Positions 7,595 through 16,650 of a stretch of 56,082 nucleotides of DNA are shown piece by piece. A program made the translations under genes and the position numbers. A model generated the notes under the pieces. The model saw nothing but the letters and a program-made list of their open reading frames with translations, was not told the origin of the DNA and made no database searches. How positions within the stretch are numbered: the first letter of the stretch is position 1; each line of letters starts with the position of its first letter. Source of the stretch: Pyrinomonadaceae bacterium (GTDB taxonomy: Bacteria; Acidobacteriota; Blastocatellia; Pyrinomonadales; Pyrinomonadaceae); the NCBI GenBank assembly GCA_036559945.1, contig DATBSG010000356.1, positions 1 to 56,082 on the forward strand. Reading direction: 5' to 3'.

Positions 7595-10500
7595 TTAGAA
7601 GTAGAACTTTAACGCGATTTCCGCTATTCGCCGCCCGTGTTTGTTGACTATCTTGCCAAAGTTGTCCTTGGTTTCCTGCGTGTAATCGAATCCCTTCGTT
7701 GGATCACAGGGATTCGAAGTTCCGCCGGCTCCGTTATTTACATTCACCCTCTGTTTACAGACCGTGTTGAGCGTCAGATAGATGTCGCTGGCACCCAGGC
7801 CGCCGGTCGTCGAAATCTGCGTAGGATAAGCCTGGTTGAATACGTTGAAGAACCCGGCGCGGAATTGAAGTTTCTTCGATTCGCTGAAGTTGAAATTCTT
7901 GAAGAAAGAGACATCGAAGTTGCTTCGACTCGGAGTTCTAATGTAGAACGGAGGTTGAGATGGCCCGGTGTTAGGAAATGATGGGATCACCAGCTTGCTG
8001 AGATCGAATAGCTTGCTCCCAACTCCTGTACTACCGCCCGTGGCAGGATTGCCAAGATAGATCGGCGTGATGGCGCCGATGCTGGCGCCGGCGTTCGTAC
8101 CATTGAAGGCATCTGACCCATACCAAGCCAATGCCTCGTTGCCTGACGCTATATCGCCGCTGAATCTCAGGCGGATCGGTGTGCCGCTCTGAAATGTCGT
8201 AATGCCCGACATTTGCCAACCGTTAAATACGCCGCGGGTGAACCAATTCTCCCAGGAGCCGCGCGCCAACTTAGGAAATGTGTAGTTGTACGACAGATTG
8301 AAGACGTGCGTCCGATCGAACGGCAGCACACCCCAGCTTCTGTTGCGCGTGTCAATTGGATCGGCCCACGCTGATCCATCGCTCTCGTTCGTGGCGACAG
8401 TTCCCAACGCCTTCGCGAAGGTGTATGTGGCAAAGTACTGCAAGTTTTTGCCCGACTGGTGGCTCAAAGTAGCCTGTAACGAGTGATAGGTAGAGGTCCC
8501 GGTGAACTGGTAGAGACCGACTGAGTTGTATGGCCGGAACGGCCGGAACTGCTTGAGCACAGAGCCGTCAAGACCGGCTCGGTTCACGGGTATCGACAGA
8601 TCAACTCCATTCACCGTCCCGGTCAACAGTCTACCCAAGGGAATAATATTGGCATTTCGCTGCTGCGGAAGATGTCTGCCCTGAGTGCCTACATAGGCGA
8701 CTGACAAGATGTTGCGTCCGGGTAATCTCTTCTCGACTGTCAGGCTCATGTTGGCAACTCGCGGCAGGTCATTTGATTTGACGTCACGCGAGTTGATATT
8801 GACGGTGCCAAGATTAGAGAACGGGTCAACATTTGGCAGGTCACTGAACCTAAGTCCGGTAGCTGACGCCCAGGGCGTGTCAACTGTAGCAGTGTAGGTG
8901 TTGGGCATCTGACCGCTGGAGTAATAATCATAGTTACCCTGCACGCGGTTGTAGAACAGGCCGGCGCCTGCCCGAACCACCCAATTGCCCTTGCCACCAA
9001 TATCCCAGGCAACATTTAGCCGCGGCATCCAGGCAACCGGCGGGTTGGGCAAAACGCCTTTGGGTATTTCACCTCTGGCGGCCAGCTTAAAGCCATTGGG
9101 TTTGGTGCGGTCGCCATTTATGAAGATGCCCTGAGCCGGATTGTAGGCCGCGGGATCAAACAATACGCCAAGGCCATTCCGCTCGAAATTCTGCGGCAAG
9201 TAACCCAGGCGCAGCCCGTACTCAAGAGTGATGTTCGGACGGACCTTCCAACCGTCCTGCCCATAGAACTCGTAATTGTATAGCCGGAAGTGATCCTCCG
9301 GCCGATCTGAGGACTGAGTGAACTCGAGCGGCCGACCAACAAACAGATCGCCATAGTTATTAGTCGTCGCGTTTGACTCGCCCCATTGCCCAAGTGTTAT
9401 GTACGTGTCGTGATTCGACTGCTGGGTCTTATTACCCTGCTCGATGAAGGCGCCAAACTTCAAGGTGTGCGTATTGTGGACCTTCGACAGGTTATCGGTA
9501 ATGGACAAGCTGGAATACGGAGAAAAGATTGGGTATCCGTAAGCCGTCAACAGATTGCCGCCAATGCCGCCGCCCCACGCATCAATGATACCAACTGGAA
9601 CAAACGGATTGTTACCGTTGAAATTAACTCCATTGTGTGTCCCAAAACCCACCCTCTGCAAACCCAGAGACGAGTATGACACCTTGTTCGGATCGGCATA
9701 GTCGTAATGCAGATTCAATTTGCTGGCGCTAAACAGAACTTCGTTGGTCATCGAAGGACTGATGACATTGGTTAAATTGGCGACGAAAGAACGACCGAGA
9801 TTCTTGCTGGTGAGTTTGCCGGGGTTCTCGTAGTTCGATGAATCCCACCAGAGGCCACGTGGAAAGCCCTGCTGCTCGTACTCGCGGGCAAGGCGAACAT
9901 AAATTTTCGTCTTGTCAGTGAGGCTGTAGTCAAAGCGCGACGTCAACTGGTTTCGGTTGTTTGGTCTGAGGACGCTGTAGACATAATTGTAGCGGTTTCT
10001 AGGGTCGCTGTAATTCGGCAACGGGTAAAGGTTCAGAAGAGCTTTGCCGAACGGATCGAGACATGGCGCCAGGTTGTTGTTTGGCGCTGGATTCCCGCCC
10101 GTCACGCCATTGACGGTACAACCCGTCGGGACTAGTACCGTTCTGCCCTGATTCAGATTCGCCCCAGGTCCTGTTAGCAACTCACTGAAATCACCCGTCC
10201 GCTGTTTCAGCGTCGGAACGACGCTCAGCGACGAGCCTTCATCGACCTGCTGGTAATAACGCTCGTAGCCGACAAAGAAAAACAACTTGTCTCGCTTGCG
10301 GTTGAACTTCGTGAAGGGAAGCAGAATCGGTCCCCCGATGTTGCCGCCAGGATAGTTGAACTTACTCAAAGGCCGCGGGATGATAGGGTTGGCGATGTTG
10401 TTCGAACGATCGCTGGCTTGAAAATGACGGTCGCGGATATAGTCATATATCGAACCGTGAAATTGACTGCTGCCGCCTTTGGTCGTGGCGCTTATCTGAA

Positions 10501-11278
10501 CGGCGCTCGTGCCGTGTTCAGCTGCGTAATTGCTGGTCTGGATCGTCACTTCCTGGACCATGTCCGGGTTCGCTGTGATGGCACTTCCGTTATTTGCACC
10601 AAAGTCGATCATGCGCGAGCCGTCGATCAACACGTTATTTTCTTCACCTCGCAGACCATTCACATGGTATTGGCTGGTGGAATTGGCTCCGCTCACGAAA
10701 CCTGTCTGCTCAATTGTTGTTGCATCGGGAGCTACCACACCGGGCAGGATACGCAACAACTCCACTGCGCTCCGGCTGACGATCGTGAGGTTATCGATTT
10801 GCTTCGCACTGATTGTATTCTCTCTTGCTCCCGTCTCGGTTTGGAGTTGATCGGCGCTGACGCCGCCCAGGACGGTAACCGTCTCCGATGGTTGTCCTAT
10901 CTCTAAGACGACATTCAACGCACGTGTGCTATTGCTCTCGACGGCGACCCCAGACGCATTTGTAGTCTTGAAGCCCGACGCTTCCACGTTCACAGTGTAA
11001 TTGCCTGGCGTCAGGGCGTTGAAGACGTAGAGCCCTTCATCACCGCTCGTTGTCTTGCGTTCGTCCTTAGTGCGCTCGTTGATCAATGTCACAGTAGCAT
11101 TGGGGACCACTGCGCCGGCCGGATCTCTTACGGTGCCGCGCAGCGTCGCGCTACCTGTCGCTTGAGCGAATGCCGACGGCACAGCGGTCAAGCATGCGAC
11201 GCCGACCGCGAGTGCAAAGAAGATCAACCTAAAATCAATAAGCTTAGAGTTACGTTGCGGACGATTAGCTTCGAACAT
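7595..11278 (-). CDS. TonB-dependent outer-membrane receptor with N-terminal CarboxypepD_reg domain (acidobacterial giant type)
   Basis: ATG at 11278 is preceded by GGAGG; the ORF-track start at 11323 is probably too early. Signal peptide ...ACLTAVPSAFAQA. CarboxypepD_reg block LRGTVRDPAGAVVPNATVTLINE...GLYVFNALTPGNYTVNVEASGFKT. Plug-like segment ISAKQIDNLTIVSRSAVELLRILPGVV. A long beta-rich region ends in the ...ALKFYF terminal aromatic typical of OM barrels. Confidence 0.85.
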   Translation of the reverse strand: MFEANRPQRNSKLIDFRLIFFALAVGVACLTAVPSAFAQATGSATLRGTVRDPAGAVVPNATVTLINERTKDERKTTSGDEGLYVFNALTPGNYTVNVEASGFKTTNASGVAVESNSTRALNVVLEIGQPSETVTVLGGVSADQLQTETGARENTISAKQIDNLTIVSRSAVELLRILPGVVAPDATTIEQTGFVSGANSTSQYHVNGLRGEENNVLIDGSRMIDFGANNGSAITANPDMVQEVTIQTSNYAAEHGTSAVQISATTKGGSSQFHGSIYDYIRDRHFQASDRSNNIANPIIPRPLSKFNYPGGNIGGPILLPFTKFNRKRDKLFFFVGYERYYQQVDEGSSLSVVPTLKQRTGDFSELLTGPGANLNQGRTVLVPTGCTVNGVTGGNPAPNNNLAPCLDPFGKALLNLYPLPNYSDPRNRYNYVYSVLRPNNRNQLTSRFDYSLTDKTKIYVRLAREYEQQGFPRGLWWDSSNYENPGKLTSKNLGRSFVANLTNVISPSMTNEVLFSASKLNLHYDYADPNKVSYSSLGLQRVGFGTHNGVNFNGNNPFVPVGIIDAWGGGIGGNLLTAYGYPIFSPYSSLSITDNLSKVHNTHTLKFGAFIEQGNKTQQSNHDTYITLGQWGESNATTNNYGDLFVGRPLEFTQSSDRPEDHFRLYNYEFYGQDGWKVRPNITLEYGLRLGYLPQNFERNGLGVLFDPAAYNPAQGIFINGDRTKPNGFKLAARGEIPKGVLPNPPVAWMPRLNVAWDIGGKGNWVVRAGAGLFYNRVQGNYDYYSSGQMPNTYTATVDTPWASATGLRFSDLPNVDPFSNLGTVNINSRDVKSNDLPRVANMSLTVEKRLPGRNILSVAYVGTQGRHLPQQRNANIIPLGRLLTGTVNGVDLSIPVNRAGLDGSVLKQFRPFRPYNSVGLYQFTGTSTYHSLQATLSHQSGKNLQYFATYTFAKALGTVATNESDGSAWADPIDTRNRSWGVLPFDRTHVFNLSYNYTFPKLARGSWENWFTRGVFNGWQMSGITTFQSGTPIRLRFSGDIASGNEALAWYGSDAFNGTNAGASIGAITPIYLGNPATGGSTGVGSKLFDLSKLVIPSFPNTGPSQPPFYIRTPSRSNFDVSFFKNFNFSESKKLQFRAGFFNVFNQAYPTQISTTGGLGASDIYLTLNTVCKQRVNVNNGAGGTSNPCDPTKGFDYTQETKDNFGKIVNKHGRRIAEIALKFYF

Positions 11279-11807
11279 CAGTTTAGCCTCCAAAGGTAGG
11301 ACGACGTGTACAGACAATCTCACAAACCCAAATGCCGATTTCTCCCGGGGAGTTACAAGCGTTTAAGACCGCAATGACAAAGAATTTGAGATTAATCCTG
11401 TTACTCGTATTCGAGCCTCAGACATCACGTCCTGGCCCGAGCACCAATGCTCTAAAAAATATCCGACTTGAGAAAGCCTACTATTCAGCTTGCGTTGTTA
11501 AGAATTGACTATGATCTGCTTTGTTGCACGACCTGACAAAAGCCTTACTACTACCGGACGCTCTCTTTGTCAAGAGTTTTTTTCCACGAAAATTAAATTT
11601 TCAATCGCTAGTTGTCGAATTGACAAAACATAAGACGTTGCAGACAAGACTGAGGCACGCAACGTCAATGCCGCAACGGCCGTTGTGTGCGGAATGGTTC
11701 CGATGGCGCAAATGCCGCACAATTTCATCAACTTGGTGATCTTCTCCCATCAAGTTCGAACCGACTTGAATTCGAGATTTTGAAAATTAATCCGAATTTC
11801 TAAATTG

Positions 11808-12998
11808 TCAGGCAGTCAAGACCGATGCGAACTTTCCCGCGAGCACTAAACTAAGTGCTCCCAATAGACGCGTATTCGCCCCCAACGTTGAAGGTATCAC
11901 GCGAGCAGATCGCAAGCCGCGGCAGATACCGCTTTGCGCGACAATGTTTCCGAGCTCATCCGCTATGATGGGCCATGCACGCGAGATTTGTCCGCCGACG
12001 ATTACGGCTTCAGGACTCAAGCCCTTCTGGAGGTTTGAAATTCCCAGCCCAAGATAACGAGCAGTGTCGATCAGAGCTTGCTTCGCGATCGCTTCTTGTT
12101 GCAGCGCACGATCGATCAATTGATCGAAGGTGATTATCGGAGCATTTGAGTCGAAATGCATTGCGGCGTAGCGCGCCAATGCTGCGCGTTCTGACGCGAA
12201 AGCTTCCCAGCATTCATAACTGCCAGCCGCGCATGCTACCGGAGCATCCTTCCCAATTGTCATGTGCCCGAACTCACCAGCGGCTCCGCTCATTCCATGA
12301 TAAACCTGGCCGTCAAATACGATTCCAGTTCCCAGCCCCTCTTCAACCAGCACGAGAATGAAATCGCGGGCGTCGCGAATTTCCGGCCGACCGAGCCACA
12401 ACTCAGCCAATGCGGCGGCGTTCGCATCATTGTCTACAATCACCGATATTCCCGTAGCTTCACGAAGTTCGTCTGCGATTGGCCAGTCACGCCACTTGAA
12501 ATACGGAATAAAGATCGCTTCTCCAGTTTCTGGATCAACTAGGCCGGGGAGACTAATTCCAACACCCTCAATTCCGGGTTCGCTCCGCATGAAATTTCGG
12601 ATGCAGTCCCTTATCTTTCCTGCTGTGACGCTTAAGTCAGGATCAGTGGCAAAGGTTTCTCGCTTTAGGATTCGGCCCGCGAGATCGCCTGTCGCAATAG
12701 TGGTCGTAGCCGTGCCGAGATCGACGCCGATCGCAATCGAACCCGCGGCCCGCAAACGCAGAAGAAGTGGTGGACGTCCGCCGGTCGACTCTCCCTCGAT
12801 TTCATCAATGAGGCCCTGCGTCTTTAGTTCTTCGACGATCAATGAGACGGTTGATCGCTGAAGAGCTGTTTCGTGGGAAATTTCGGCTCTTGAGATTGGC
12901 TCTTTTTCGCGAACGTAGTTCAGTACTATCTGTCGATTGATGAAGCGAATCGTATCCGCACGTGCAACATTCGCCTTTTTTAGATTCATTCGTCGCAC
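11808..12998 (-). CDS. ROK-family transcriptional regulator (NagC/XylR-like)
   Basis: N-terminal winged-HTH segment (NRQIVLNYVREKEPISRAEISHETALQRSTVSLIVEELKTQGLI). ROK sugar-kinase-like core (IGVDLGTATTT..., DNDANAAALAE, GAAGEFGHM...C..G..EC). The start is GTG at 12998, with GGAGGA 14 nt upstream, or ATG at 12989. Confidence 0.85.
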   Translation of the reverse strand: MRRMNLKKANVARADTIRFINRQIVLNYVREKEPISRAEISHETALQRSTVSLIVEELKTQGLIDEIEGESTGGRPPLLLRLRAAGSIAIGVDLGTATTTIATGDLAGRILKRETFATDPDLSVTAGKIRDCIRNFMRSEPGIEGVGISLPGLVDPETGEAIFIPYFKWRDWPIADELREATGISVIVDNDANAAALAELWLGRPEIRDARDFILVLVEEGLGTGIVFDGQVYHGMSGAAGEFGHMTIGKDAPVACAAGSYECWEAFASERAALARYAAMHFDSNAPIITFDQLIDRALQQEAIAKQALIDTARYLGLGISNLQKGLSPEAVIVGGQISRAWPIIADELGNIVAQSGICRGLRSARVIPSTLGANTRLLGALSLVLAGKFASVLTA

Positions 12999-13231
12999 GG
13001 TGTTCCGTCAAATCCTCCGCTACACGACTCGCCGAACTGAATTAATCAAGAGGGCAGGCTCGCTTAATATGAATTATGGCCCGTGCTGGTTAGATCTTGC
13101 TGCAGACTGAAAGCGTCGCGAGATTAAGACTTCTGATTGGCGACAGTCAAGCAAGTTTTTTGCCTGTGTTGTTTGATATGAGATCGGTCTAAGCCGGAAA
13201 CGTGATAGCGTTCTGATTTGTGGACGAATAG

Positions 13232-14056
13232 TTAGAAGGCCTTTCGCCCATATCCGAGTTCCGCACCTCCGGAGATTATGTAGTCCACGCCAGTTGAGAA
13301 TGTTGCCTCGGACGCGATGAAAAGGCACAGCTTGCCGACTTCTTCTATAGTTCCCATCCGGCCTAACCACTGTGCTGCCTCACCTTCGCGACGGCAGCGT
13401 TCCGGATCCGCGGCAGCATTAATTGCCTGCTGCCAAAGCGGCGTGTAGATGTTTCCCGGCGAGATGGAATTAACGCGCACTCCGTTCGCCGCCTCGTCAA
13501 TTGCCAGGGCTTTAGTGAAGGCAGTGATGGCTCCCTTAGTAGCCACATAAGTCGTCGATAGTCGCTGGCCCATTTTGCCAACCAGGCTCGACATATTAAT
13601 GATGTTGCCTTCAGTCTTGCGCAGATGAGGCAATGCTAATTTGCAAGCCGCGAACATGCTCACGACATTCAAATCGAACAAGTCCCGGAACTCTTCAACT
13701 GAGAAATCATCGATCAGCTTGTGCAGTGGATGCCACCCGGCGTTGTTAATCAGGCAATCAAGTTGTCCATGCTGTTCGAGCGTCTCATCGACTAGATTCT
13801 TAAGCTCTTGAAACTTCGTCACATCGCAACGGATGAAATGCGGATCTCCTCGGCCAGTTTTTTGGATTTCACGCGCGAGCGTCTGGCCTGACTCTTCCCC
13901 TCGCGCACAGAAGACAACCTTCGCTCCCGCCTCCACAAATGACCGCACGCAGCCTTCGCCGATTCCTTTGCTGCCACCGGTGATGATTACTACTTTATTG
14001 TCGTATCTCAATGAATCCTTCGATACAGAAACCGAATCTCCCCTCTGGTAACACAA
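13232..14056 (-). CDS. short-chain dehydrogenase/reductase (SDR), HSD17B14-like; candidate L-fucose/sugar 1-dehydrogenase
   Basis: Contains TGGSKGIG (Rossmann TGxxxGIG), NNAG, S...YVATKGA (YxxxK) and the C-terminal GGAELGYG. The start is uncertain: TTG at 14056, or an in-frame TTG giving MRYDNKVVIITGG. Confidence 0.85.
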   Translation of the reverse strand: MCYQRGDSVSVSKDSLRYDNKVVIITGGSKGIGEGCVRSFVEAGAKVVFCARGEESGQTLAREIQKTGRGDPHFIRCDVTKFQELKNLVDETLEQHGQLDCLINNAGWHPLHKLIDDFSVEEFRDLFDLNVVSMFAACKLALPHLRKTEGNIINMSSLVGKMGQRLSTTYVATKGAITAFTKALAIDEAANGVRVNSISPGNIYTPLWQQAINAAADPERCRREGEAAQWLGRMGTIEEVGKLCLFIASEATFSTGVDYIISGGAELGYGRKAF

Positions 14057-14143
14057 CAGACCTTAAGTGTTACGGAGAGGACGACGAAACACTTGAGCCT
14101 AGCGCTTGAAAGACGGCGCAGTTAACCTCAAACACGCTTTCAG

Positions 14144-16573
14144 TCATCGCGTTTCGATGACGACGGATCCCGAGGAAAGACCATCTGCGGTAGCCTTCAA
14201 ATTGATTCGTCCGCCTTTACCATTCGATTGAATTATCGCCAGTGCCATACCGTGAAACGCCTTGCGGTGATTCGCTTTAAATGACTCGTGGCTGATTTCA
14301 CTGCCGTTGTCGACACCGGCAATGAAACCCGGACCGCTGATTTCAAAATTGACGAGATTATCGGCCCGTGGCACGACCGTGCCGTTCTTGTCCACGATCT
14401 TGACGGTCACAAACGAGAGATCAGCTCCGTCCGCCTTAATCACGCGGTGATCGGGAACCAAAACAATCCTGGCCGGTGCTTCCGCAGTGCTGACTTCATC
14501 TGTCAACATGACTCTTCCGTTCTTACGGGAGACTGCCTTGAGTGTTCCCGGTTGGTAAGGCACGCGCCAGGTGAGGTGCAGGTCGTCGCCTGTCTTCTGC
14601 TTCGCACCAAGTGACTTCCCGTTCAGAAACAACTCAACCTCATCGGCGTTGTTGTAATAGGCCCAGACATCGACGGTGTCGCCCAGCTTCCAATTCCAGT
14701 GTGGGAACAGATGCAGCACTGGCTTGTTGGTCCATTCGCTTTGGTACATGTAGTACACGTCTTTGCGAAAGCCGGCGAGGTCGATGATCCCGAAGTATGA
14801 ACTGATCGCCGGCCACGGATAAGGCGTGGGCTCGCCAATGTAGTCCCAACCTGTCCAAATGAACATGCCCGAAAAGAATGGATACTTCTTCGCGATCTTC
14901 CACGTCTCTTCATGAGTTGAGCCCCACGGCGCGCTGCAATTGTCGTACGACGAGCACGAGTAGTCTGCGTTTCCATTTGTGAAAGGCTGATCCCAACGCG
15001 CGGGCCAGCGGCGAATTGTGTCGGACGGCATGTCATAGCTGCCGCGCGTCGCCAGCGCCGAAGTCGTTTCCGTCCCGATGATCGGCCGTCCCGGAAACAT
15101 TTTCTGAAATTGGGGAATCTTGTTGTGCTCATAGTTCGTGCCAACCAGATCGAGACCACCCGAGGTAATCAACGTATTCTTTTCGCTCACGAAGTTGCAG
15201 GCCGAAGTGACCGGCCGCGTCTTATCGAGTTCGTGAACAATGTCTGAAAGCTCTTTGCCGATGCGGCCGGCCTCAGGGTTGCCGTTCCACTGTTCATTAA
15301 TTTCGTTGCCGATGCTCCAAATGAAAACGCTCGGATGATTTCGATCGCGCAGCACCATGTCTTCGAGATCGCGCCGGTGCCACTGGTCCCAATCGAGATG
15401 ATAATCGAACTTCGTCTTCTGCATCTTCCACATATCAAAGGCTTCATCCATGACGATGAAGCCCAGGCGGTCAGCAAGTTCGAGCAGTTCCGGCGCGGGT
15501 GGATTGTGTGAAGTGCGCAGGCCATTAGCCCCCATGGCTTTCAGCATTTCGAGCTGCCGCGCCAGCGCGCGCGTGTTGATGGCTGCACCCAAGGCGCCGA
15601 GGTCGTGATGATTGCAGGTGCCGCGAATCTTTACCGGTTTGCCGTTCAGAATGAAGCCTTTGTCGATGTCGAAGACAAACGAGCGAATGCCAAGCGGCGT
15701 CTCATATCGATCGAGCAGGCGGCCGTTCTGCTGTAATTGCGAGACGACTCTGTAAAGATAGGGCCGTTCATCGGACCATAACGCCGGGTGCAGAACTCTG
15801 ATCGTTTGACTCACTTCAGCATTTGATCCTTTAGCGACCACATTGCTGCCCGTAGCCCGACCGACTGGTCGTCCTGCTGCATCGTAAATGATCGTTGTCA
15901 GATTCACGGGCGCGGAACTGGCAGAGGCGTTGCGGACTTTTGTCTTGATCGCAACCGTGGCTGATTGTTCGCTGACTTCGGGAGTTGTGATGTAAGTGCC
16001 CCAATGATCGACGTGGACTTTTTCAATAGTGGTGAGCCAAACATTGCGGAAAATGCCGGAGCCGGAATACCAGCGCGAATTAGGTTGCTGTGAATTATCG
16101 ACCCTAACAGCGATGACGTTCTGCTGCAGGCCGTAGTTGAGATAAGGGGTTAACTCGTATTCGAAAGAGATGTAACCGTACGGCCGCTTACCGAGGTAAT
16201 GGCCGTTGATCCAAACCTCGCTGTTGCGATAGACGCCGTCGAAATCGATCAAGACGAGCTTGCCCTTGGCCGTCAGTGGAATACTGAATGCCTTGCGGTA
16301 CCAGCCAATGCCGCCGGGCAGCGCGCCGCCTCCAGTTCCCGCCGGATTCTTCTCGTCGAATTCGCCTTCAATGCTCCAATCATGCGGCAGATTCAATTCG
16401 CGCCAGTTGGAATCATCGAGATTTGGATCTTGTCCGTTGACAACATCACCCAGATGGAATCTCCACGCCTGATTGAAACTCACTGTCTTTCCCGGTCGAG
16501 AATTGGCGTAGGCAGAAAAGTTAGAAAAGGCGAGCAGGCAAACGATGATCAGAGTGTTTCTCATTTTCTTCAC
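14144..16573 (-). CDS. glycoside hydrolase family 2, beta-galactosidase-like, exported
   Basis: Signal peptide MKKMRNTLIIVCLLAFSNFSAYA. GH2 sugar-binding N-terminus (WRFHLGD...W..LNLPHDW) and the acid/base region NHPSVFIWSIGNEI. Length and domain order fit GH2 enzymes with C-terminal Ig-like domains. Confidence 0.85.
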   Translation of the reverse strand: MKKMRNTLIIVCLLAFSNFSAYANSRPGKTVSFNQAWRFHLGDVVNGQDPNLDDSNWRELNLPHDWSIEGEFDEKNPAGTGGGALPGGIGWYRKAFSIPLTAKGKLVLIDFDGVYRNSEVWINGHYLGKRPYGYISFEYELTPYLNYGLQQNVIAVRVDNSQQPNSRWYSGSGIFRNVWLTTIEKVHVDHWGTYITTPEVSEQSATVAIKTKVRNASASSAPVNLTTIIYDAAGRPVGRATGSNVVAKGSNAEVSQTIRVLHPALWSDERPYLYRVVSQLQQNGRLLDRYETPLGIRSFVFDIDKGFILNGKPVKIRGTCNHHDLGALGAAINTRALARQLEMLKAMGANGLRTSHNPPAPELLELADRLGFIVMDEAFDMWKMQKTKFDYHLDWDQWHRRDLEDMVLRDRNHPSVFIWSIGNEINEQWNGNPEAGRIGKELSDIVHELDKTRPVTSACNFVSEKNTLITSGGLDLVGTNYEHNKIPQFQKMFPGRPIIGTETTSALATRGSYDMPSDTIRRWPARWDQPFTNGNADYSCSSYDNCSAPWGSTHEETWKIAKKYPFFSGMFIWTGWDYIGEPTPYPWPAISSYFGIIDLAGFRKDVYYMYQSEWTNKPVLHLFPHWNWKLGDTVDVWAYYNNADEVELFLNGKSLGAKQKTGDDLHLTWRVPYQPGTLKAVSRKNGRVMLTDEVSTAEAPARIVLVPDHRVIKADGADLSFVTVKIVDKNGTVVPRADNLVNFEISGPGFIAGVDNGSEISHESFKANHRKAFHGMALAIIQSNGKGGRINLKATADGLSSGSVVIETR

Positions 16574-16650
16574 CGCAACTCAGAGGAAATCAATTTCGGC
16601 AAAACGTCTCATCGAGGCAAATTACCGTGCGGGCCCAGAGCGTGATGGAC

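Noticed and set aside
11671-11692. The palindrome CCGCAACGGCCGTTG(TG)TGCGG in the ROK-receptor spacer, considered as a rho-independent terminator for the ROK gene.
   Set aside because: No U/T tract follows it on either strand and the hairpin has essentially no loop. It may be a protein-binding palindrome or chance, and I cannot support a terminator call.
11521-11739. A 72-aa ORF in the 529-bp AT-rich spacer upstream of the TonB receptor gene.
   Set aside because: It starts at a non-ATG codon, has no RBS and a basic low-complexity translation, and lies in what is more likely a promoter/leader region.
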